DNA of 60,738 nucleotides, filler included, from Platydemus manokwari (Eukaryota): NCBI GenBank assembly GCA_037951405.1. It is 6 parts of 6 records of this genome, joined end to end, with 100 filler letters (N's around TTAATTAATTAA, not from the genome) between each part and the next. Parts side by side here need not be neighbours in the genome. Positions count along the whole stretch, not along the records: positions 50,802 to 60,738 come from JBBMOY011187211.1; 5 more parts are not named here. One strand, 5' to 3'. Shown piece by piece: positions 52,830 to 60,738 of this stretch (position 1 is its first letter; each line of letters starts with the position of its first letter). The notes under the pieces were generated by a model. It saw only the letters and a program-made list of their open reading frames with translations, ran no database searches and was not told where the DNA came from. The position numbers and the translations under genes were made by a program.

Positions 52830-54245
52830 CATTTTTATCTCCGTATCTGATCAAAGGCAATTAATGGCATATCCACACACAATTATACTATACTCATCAC
52901 ACTTATTCTGTCTCACTATCAATATTGCAATAATTCACAACACCTACATCATGAAATTTATTGATTTCTTCAGTCAATTTCATGAATATGATTTGAATGG
53001 AAAGCTTGTTGTTAAGGATCCAATATATAAGAGGTATTTAATTGAATATTTTATTTCAATGGAACCCAAAATTGATTTCAGATATTGATTGGATCGACAT
53101 TCAGATCAGTCACCTGATAATCGCGTTGATTATAACCTAGTGAATTAAGATTTCCACACTCGTCGAGAATTTCCTTGGAACAAAATGGATCGATGACAAT
53201 TATATTTGAATTTTTCATTTGTTTGCAGAGAAAGACATAAATTTCATCAGATGACAACAAATGATTTTCAGATTTGTCATCACTATCAGTATATAATTTA
53301 TTTGAATCGTTAAATTGTGGCCACAATTCATTAACAAGTCGATTAACTAAATGATTATCACAACTTTTCTTCATCATTTTCAACAAAAAAAGCCATCACA
53401 TCGTAAATATTGATCGATAAAGTTATTAATTTGTAACGAATATTTCTGTTTGATTGATGTGGGGAGTAGAGTCTACATATACATCTTCGCCTCAATGAAT
53501 GCTAATCCACATATGAAGACGGAATAAGTGGCTCTAGATATTGTTTTATAGGTTTTATGACGATTTATTAGACTTTCACTCTCTATCTACCTCGATTGCA
53601 TCTTTCCAAAAAGGTTATGAATTGATACTGACGGTGATTTTTATCGATAATGAAATGAATCCTTGCCGAAGATATCGTTGGAATCTTACGGGATTCACTG
53701 CTATTGTTCAAATAAGCCTTGATTTGTAATAGACTGTTCAGGAGATTAACTGTTGTGAGCATATTTATATGAATGTTTTATATATTGATTTTTATTATTT
53801 ATTATATGCAATACCGTGTTGCATAAGTGAAACAGCCAAATCTATCTCTGTGGCACGTGCCTGGTCCGAATTTGTTTCTTTGGACCCGTTTCTTTTTGCA
53901 ATGTACCAGCTATTTCAGTACCTTCTCGTTTCAAATTTTCAATAAGATTATTAAACTGATGCCTTGTAATCGTTGAAAAATAGTTGGTAACACAGCTAGA
54001 CATTTTGTCAATCCCCATGTCGGGTTTCCACTTTTGAAAAGAATAATCACACACCTTTGAAAATTTGAAAGCTGTTTCCTTCCATGATGTTAGTATCAAA
54101 TAGAATCTAAAACAAATTAAAATAGAAATAAGTAAGCACGCATTTCTTGTGTGAGGGTTTTCATGATCTTTCGTTTTTGGTTTTTGCTTGTAATCTACTT
54201 TGACTCTTGTTTGTTTATTAATTTTATTATGATCGGCATTCTCAT
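52830..54245 (-). pseudogene. Spliced, decayed gene of unknown family
   Basis: Coding-like blocks (53842-54099, 53078-53386) separated by short GT-AG intron-like segments (~54140-54106, ~53814-53763); contains stops and frameshifts. Confidence 0.4.
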
Positions 54246-56157
54246 ATGGTACTTTCCAAATACTTTAATTTGAATTTTTTGTAAATCATTTTTTTATTCT
54301 CATTTGGGAATTATTGGGATTGTATTGAATTGAATTATTTGTGTAAATAAATTAAATCATATTGCGTGATTTGACAGGTGCTATTTTTAATTTAATTTTT
54401 AATGTAAAATTAGAAAATGAGGTCTTGTAAAATTTTAAGTTAAGCTTAAATACCAATTAAGATAATGATTGTTACTCATTATTTCGATTGATATTATTGT
54501 CGTGCATGTTACCCATTAGCTTTCTATTTCGTAAAAAAATTGAAAACGAATTTAAGAAGTTCAACTCAAAATTATATTTTACCAAAATGTTTCAAGTTTC
54601 CAAAACAATTTTAAAAAACCATAAAGTTATTTTAGATCGTTGATAGGTTTAATGTGAGTATATTTTAAATTTAAATTTGTTATTTCAAAATTATTTATTA
54701 TAAAATGTAATCCTCACGTTGCCTATCATTAACCATGTGGAATTATTATTAACCAATTTAAAATATCTATCACCACTACTGATACTTGTCTGAAAAACCG
54801 TGCGCTTAGGCCATGGCTAAATCATTTTCTTTGACTGTTCATGTTCTCATTGTATTCCTCATTGTTGCATAATTATGTTAATGTACCAGTATCAATGGGG
54901 CATATTTATGACATATCATTGTCATAATTATGATTATTGATTTAAGTAGTACGCAAGTCTATTAAAATAATTTCAATTGAAAAAAAACTCATCCGTGAGT
55001 GTTTTTTATTATTGCTTACTGCAATTTTTGATTTGATTTTAGGATTCAGCTAATTAGTGTTCGACATTTGTTACACGTATTGAGAATGCTTCTATTTGTT
55101 TGTTTCATTAATTCATTTCATATCAAATAACTTTATTTTATTTTCTTATTTCTTATAATTAACTTTATTTCAAGAATTGGTGGTTGGAATATATTTCAAT
55201 TTGACGGACATGCTTTAGTCAAATGTCCAAAGTTATGACAACAATACTTTACTAATTTCGTTGAGCAGATTTTTATATAGCTCTTGATCTGTAGTTTTGT
55301 ACATTGTGATCTCAAATTGATTTGAATATAAAGATTACTAATTCATACTACTGTGTTCAATCTTGTAATTTTTATGTTGGGATCTGGGGCCATCATTGAT
55401 CAATATTATTAATCTATTTAATAATCAGACTTTGACAACATTAACAAAATAATACCAGGCGTTGTACGCATATAACTTTTGATAAATTCTTATTTAAGTT
55501 TCAATCTTACAAGTGTATATGGTTGTTTTAATGTATATGTAATTTATTGAATGTGGAAATTATTGTTTTGTTAGGGTTTGTGGGAGAAACTGGCAATTTT
55601 AACAATATCTGAATTATTAATGCTTTTTCAACCTATAATTGTATCATTTTATGTACTGTGTATAATTTTTATAAAAAATATTTTAGTGTATAAATTTGTA
55701 TAACAAAATCATTTTTCGAGAATTGATGCGATGTTGTAACAATTTTTGGGACTTGCCCACAATTGTGCATTGATTGTATCAAATTATATTTTTCAATTTT
55801 TACCCTTGCAGAGAATGGACTTTAATAATTAATAAGAATTTAATTTTTATATTAGAAATAAATTTAATCAATAATGGTTAATATATTTAAAAAATATTTT
55901 TATAATAATATTGCAGGAAAAAAAACAATGTTATTTTAGAAAGATAATAATAATAATTTATTAAACTAGAAATATTGATAGCAGCTTATTTGCTCTATAA
56001 TATATTGAAAATTTATAGTAATATAATTAGAAAGCCAAATCCCCGGGCATTAAATTTAATTGTATCAAAATAAATTAATAAATAGACATAATAAAAGCTC
56101 GATAACCAAAACATGTAAGTAGGGGTTAAAATCATTAGAACCTTGACTGTATCTCAC

Positions 56158-57128
56158 TTATACCCAAGTTGCTTGAATTAGATAAAATTTATTTAATATA
56201 AAAATACCTCTCGCTTGTGCGGTATACTGCCTGCGAGCCTGATCAAACGAAGATTTGACAATTAGAGCTGATATCACCACCATAGTCATTACTACGACGA
56301 AGAATATATCAACTGAAAATAAGATCCAAGCATCTGGATCAAACGTAGACTTAATTTCTTTAATCGGAATTTCATTCAGCTTTCGAGATCTGTTGGATTG
56401 TAATCGAAATTTGGAATGGGATTGATTACTGATTGCATGTAAATCATTATTAAAAATATTATGGTTTATCAAATTAAAGTCCCTGTTTAATTCTGATGGA
56501 GACCGTAGCTGGATGTTTGTCTATTCTACTAAATTGAGTTCCCATTTAGATTATGATTGTTTCCAGTATTCAATTTTTAATTTGTATTTCTCTCCTTGAT
56601 TAAAATTTTCTAATTTCGCATGTGATTATTTTAAATGCAGTGAAATGCTTTTACGGGTTCCCATAAAATTCAAAGTGACTCCCTGTTTTTCATCACCACT
56701 TCATTCGCCTTGGACTGAGATTGATGAGGATGTTTTGGAGATTTGTGCTGTTGTTTGGTTAGCGTATTACAATTGTTTTATTTTCTTGTAGTGCCACTAT
56801 TAGTGGATCATTTTCGATACTTACCGTCTTCTGTTACTCTCATCTCATAATACGTTATACTTATCCGATTCTTTTCATATAATTTCAAATTATTGATTTT
56901 TGTATAAGTTAATGATTTCGTAAAATTAATCGATTTGCTATAACTGAAAGTCTCTAATTTAATATTTAATAATATATTTGGTTCATAATGCCATCGACAT
57001 ACAATACCGTCAATAAATGATTTATTTGTGACTTTATTTTTAATTTCTCTCGTCCATACATGAATTGTCAGAAGAAAATTTGGCCATCCAAAATCATAAT
57101 TAGGATTAATCCAAATGCGGTTTTCCAC
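56158..57128 (-). pseudogene. Decayed type I membrane protein with FN3-like segments and one TM helix
   Basis: KTSSSISVQG and LENFNQGEKYKI scraps, YTKINNLKLYEK, TM WILFSVDIFFVVVMTMVVISALIV; stops and frameshifts between blocks. Confidence 0.45.
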
Positions 57129-58934
57129 AAGTATCGTCGTCCGCAGTTTTTCTGTTTTAAAGTTTTCGCTTTCTAAGAGTTTTCTTTCTTCGTTAAGACT
57201 TTTATGTTAAGGTTTTATGTCTAGATTTTTGTGAGCTAAAAATAATGATTTTTGGTACTTATTTATAATATTTTAGAAATGGAAAATTCGCTTTAGAAAT
57301 TTAAAATATTTTTATTTTTCCACTTCGAAATAAAAATTATTTTTCCAAAAATTTAATTCTAATTATTTTATTAATTCTATTAAATAAATTCTATTAATTT
57401 TAGACTTTTAGAAATTCAAACGAATTAATTTTGGAATTTCTGTATATTATTAGTTCACTTTAACAATTTCTAAAATTCTATATAAATTAAATTAATTTTT
57501 CTATTATTGTCGTTTTGGGTGCGCTATTTATTATTTATCCGATTTATTTTTAAGTTTATTTTAATTAAAAATTCCATTAACTCTAAAATATAATTTATAA
57601 TAAAATACGTTATACACTGAATACAAATATTTGAATACAAGAAAATATTGGAGAAATTACATGATATAAGATACAAATTGAAGACAAAATCACGAAATGT
57701 TATGAATCAAATGCGAGTTTCTACAGGAATCCGAGGTCATATTCCTTGTCCAAATATACGAGCTTATGCATCCCCCACCATCTTGAGTTTTCGGTTCTTG
57801 GATCTTCTGGGAACATCGGCTCTATTTTGATTGTCTCTTGGGGTTCTCTCCGGCAGACCTTGTCTGGCTTATCCCTACTATAAACCGTTCCATCCCAGTT
57901 TCTGTCTTGATCAAGCTCAATTCTTTCATTGTTTGGGGCATTTATGGCATTTGTGGTGCTTGATAGGAGGTGCTTGGGGCATTGGAGGCGCTTTCCCAAC
58001 AACAATAACATTAATAATGATATAAAATGGATACTAATAGCGATGATGATAATATAATAATAATTTTTATTGCTAGTGTAGATCAATTTCATAGACATTG
58101 GGGATTGTCAAGTTAATCGACAGTGATCAGATAAAGTAGTTTGCATTAAACCAGATATAAAGCAGTCAAATAACTACAAATGTAGCATTTTTGTTGATTA
58201 ATGATTAGACTCATGGTGTACTTTATATTTGTTCAGAAAGTTATCGTTGTGGTTTCCTACAATCAACTTCGATTTTCTCCAATAAGAGTGAGGTTAACTA
58301 GCTCTGAAATAGAAGCAACGATTAATCTCATACTAGTCCAATTGAATTTATCTTCGAATATCGGTCACATCACTCTTCTTGCTTTCATTTTAGGTAAACA
58401 ACTTTTTGAACTTTTTAAGTAGTAAATAAGTATTTTTCATTTAGTTCCACTGCAAGGGAAGACGTCTCAGTATCCATGATTACAGATTTACTTCCAATTT
58501 AAATTATGATCTATTTCTTCAAGAACCACTAGGGAATCAACCCAGACTTATAAAAGACTATGAAAAATAATAAAATATTGTATAAAAATATTTCACAAAA
58601 ATTTGTATCAAATAATTTTTTTACAAAAATAGATATTAAAACTCTTTTTAAATATAATAAGAACATTTTCCTAAAAATAAAAACACTTTATACAAAAAAG
58701 ACCATACATTTTTTAATACACTGTTGCTTATCTATATTAAAAAATTAATTGTTTCATTGACTTCAAGGTCACAGAAAAATCCAACCGCAGTATAATTATA
58801 GTAAGACAACGGCATTAAAAAATTTTCAAAAGATCATATTCATCAAAAACTCCCACATACGCCCATGGGGTGAAACAGTATAAAAAGGCAGGCAAATAAG
58901 AGATTGACCTACAAAAATTACAAAAGATATTCAT

Positions 58935-59135
58935 CAAATAGCTTACAAAACTTGAATCTACTCGTCAGATCTTCACGGAATTTAAATCTAGTCATGAAAT
59001 AGCTTGCGGAATTTAAATCTATTAATCAACGTGCTTACTAAATTCGACTCTACGGATCAGATTACCCCAGAATTCAATTTTAATGCTTACAGCAGTCGCT
59101 TACAGAAACCAATTCGCTCAACGGAATCTATATTC
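58935..59135 (+). repeat. Degenerate ~30-bp tandem repeat (GCTTAC..AATTTAAATCTA core)
   Basis: Four to five imperfect copies, e.g. CGGAATTTAAATCTA at 58976 and 59007. Confidence 0.55.
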
Positions 59136-60738
59136 TTAAGACATCCAACAGATTAACCAATACAACAGGAACCTCATTTACAACCACTTCTGATGCACGC
59201 GATAATTTTGATTATTCCATCAATGCCAGAGTATAAAGCCGCAAAGATTTGTACTCGGTGTCACATTTAAATTAACTGCGATCCTCGGTAAAAAGGCGAA
59301 AGCATTTGCAACACTGTATCATTACGCTGCAAAACCGCAAAGGTTTGTATCACTAAATCATAAAAACTAAAATCGAATCTTCTTTAGTTTCTCATCGGTT
59401 TGTTTTAAAAGTCTTCAGGGCATAACACTCCCTTCTGTAAATTATATAGCATTGCATATTTGTCAATTTTTATTATAATAAACGTAATAATCTTATTATT
59501 TCGTTATTCGATTATATTATTATTGTTATTATACTATTCGAATTACATGCAACCTATTTACTGATTAAAGTCGGATTAAGGGTGGAAACATCATTATTCC
59601 GGTTATAATCATCATTTAAAGAGTATACGGATAAAACATCGAGTTTTCACCAGTTGAATTATCATTCATAAGTAATCACCAGATACTACTCAGCGGAAGC
59701 TAGTAGAATTCCATCACTATTAAATTATTCAAGAAGTCTTTAATTGATTTTTCCGAGAAGTGTTCAGGTTTTTTACAAGAAAATCCAATTTAAATGATGA
59801 GTAATATTTTATTTGTTAATTTAATTACACACAGACCCACGGCCATTTATAACCTTGTGATCTTTTAGAATCATATAAGCGTCTCCATCTTTGATTCCTT
59901 ATTGTCATTTTTATTTAGAGGATTGTTCGGCCACATAAGCAGAACATCCTATACTTTTGTCTCGCATTGGATATCATCGTTATTTTAATTAATTGAATAT
60001 ATTTATTTTGTTGATTTGTCGTCATTTTATTAGTTTTTACAATCATTATTTCTATTTTATATATTGTTTTTAATTATTACCGAGGATTTATATGCAGCAA
60101 TTAACTTATCTGTTGCAGTTCAGATAAGATAGATTTTTAATAAAACCCTTATGATACATAGTAATTAATCAAGATCTTTTCACAAATTGTATATTAATTT
60201 TTAGACTTAAATAACAAAATAGAATATCATATATAAATTATCAAAATCTTTAACAAAATTCATGAGTTCTGCATTTTTCTGCTTCATTTACTGGAAATCC
60301 TTTTCATCTATTCCTATTCGTGAATCAGATACTCTTCATGGATTCTTTCGTGGAACTTACTTTCCTTCTACTTCTGCACAACTTCATAGAAATTGTATTT
60401 CTTTGAAACATAAGCTACACAAAGATTTGCATAATCTTCAATTTCACTGGCTTGACCGAAATGAACAGGATTTATTTTGTTTCTATTTAAATAATATAAG
60501 AATAACAATTCTTTTGATATTTTATATTTAGTGATTAACACTAATTGCAAATTAGATTTTATTTTTATATCTTATTTACTTTATTTTATATATTTATTCT
60601 TTTTAGAAAACAAGAAAACTGTATTATTGACGGAGGATATCACTTAATATCAACTCAATCAATTATAATATCAGCCTCGCATGCTAGTAGCTAAATAATA
60701 ATGAAATAACTTTTTAAGCTTTAAGTTTCTTGAATAAA

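Noticed and set aside
1-60738. CRISPR arrays, rRNA or tRNA genes, prokaryotic operons or defence systems, alternative genetic code
   Set aside because: No regularly spaced repeats with unique spacers and no structured RNA genes were recognised. Conserved spliced genes translate cleanly with the standard code, and in-frame stops are confined to decayed elements.

Overview
This window is very AT-rich eukaryotic (metazoan) genomic DNA, not prokaryotic. Short 45-60 nt GT-AG introns, a motile-cilia gene and the base composition fit a planarian-like flatworm, which is an inference. It is not one locus: six ~9-11 kb contigs are joined by artificial 100-nt spacers (N44-TTAATTAATTAA-N44) at 9032, 18410, 29013, 39778 and 50702. 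Recognisable host genes are a complete CRAL-TRIO lipid-transfer gene and partial GTPBP1, SMARCC1/2 (SWI3/moira), CFAP298 (C21orf59) and OSBP-related (ORP9/10/11-like) genes. Much of the remainder is decayed mobile DNA: Ty3/Gypsy elements, hAT, MULE-like, pogo-like and LINE-like remnants, and a MITE. Three observations stand out. (1) A compact, intronless, tandemly duplicated cassette of zinc finger + RING + 23-aa tryptophan-repeat ORFs looks like an endogenised large DNA virus or Polinton fragment. (2) An intact, intronless 313-aa protein with two BED-like zinc fingers, a SUMO-interacting-type motif and NLSs probably lies inside a CFAP298 intron. (3) A Gypsy lineage has ~100-120 bp AGT...ACT LTRs and a tRNA-Arg PBS, and one copy is part of a three-level nest (hAT > Gypsy > solo LTR). 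All family assignments come from manual motif reading; no searches were run.
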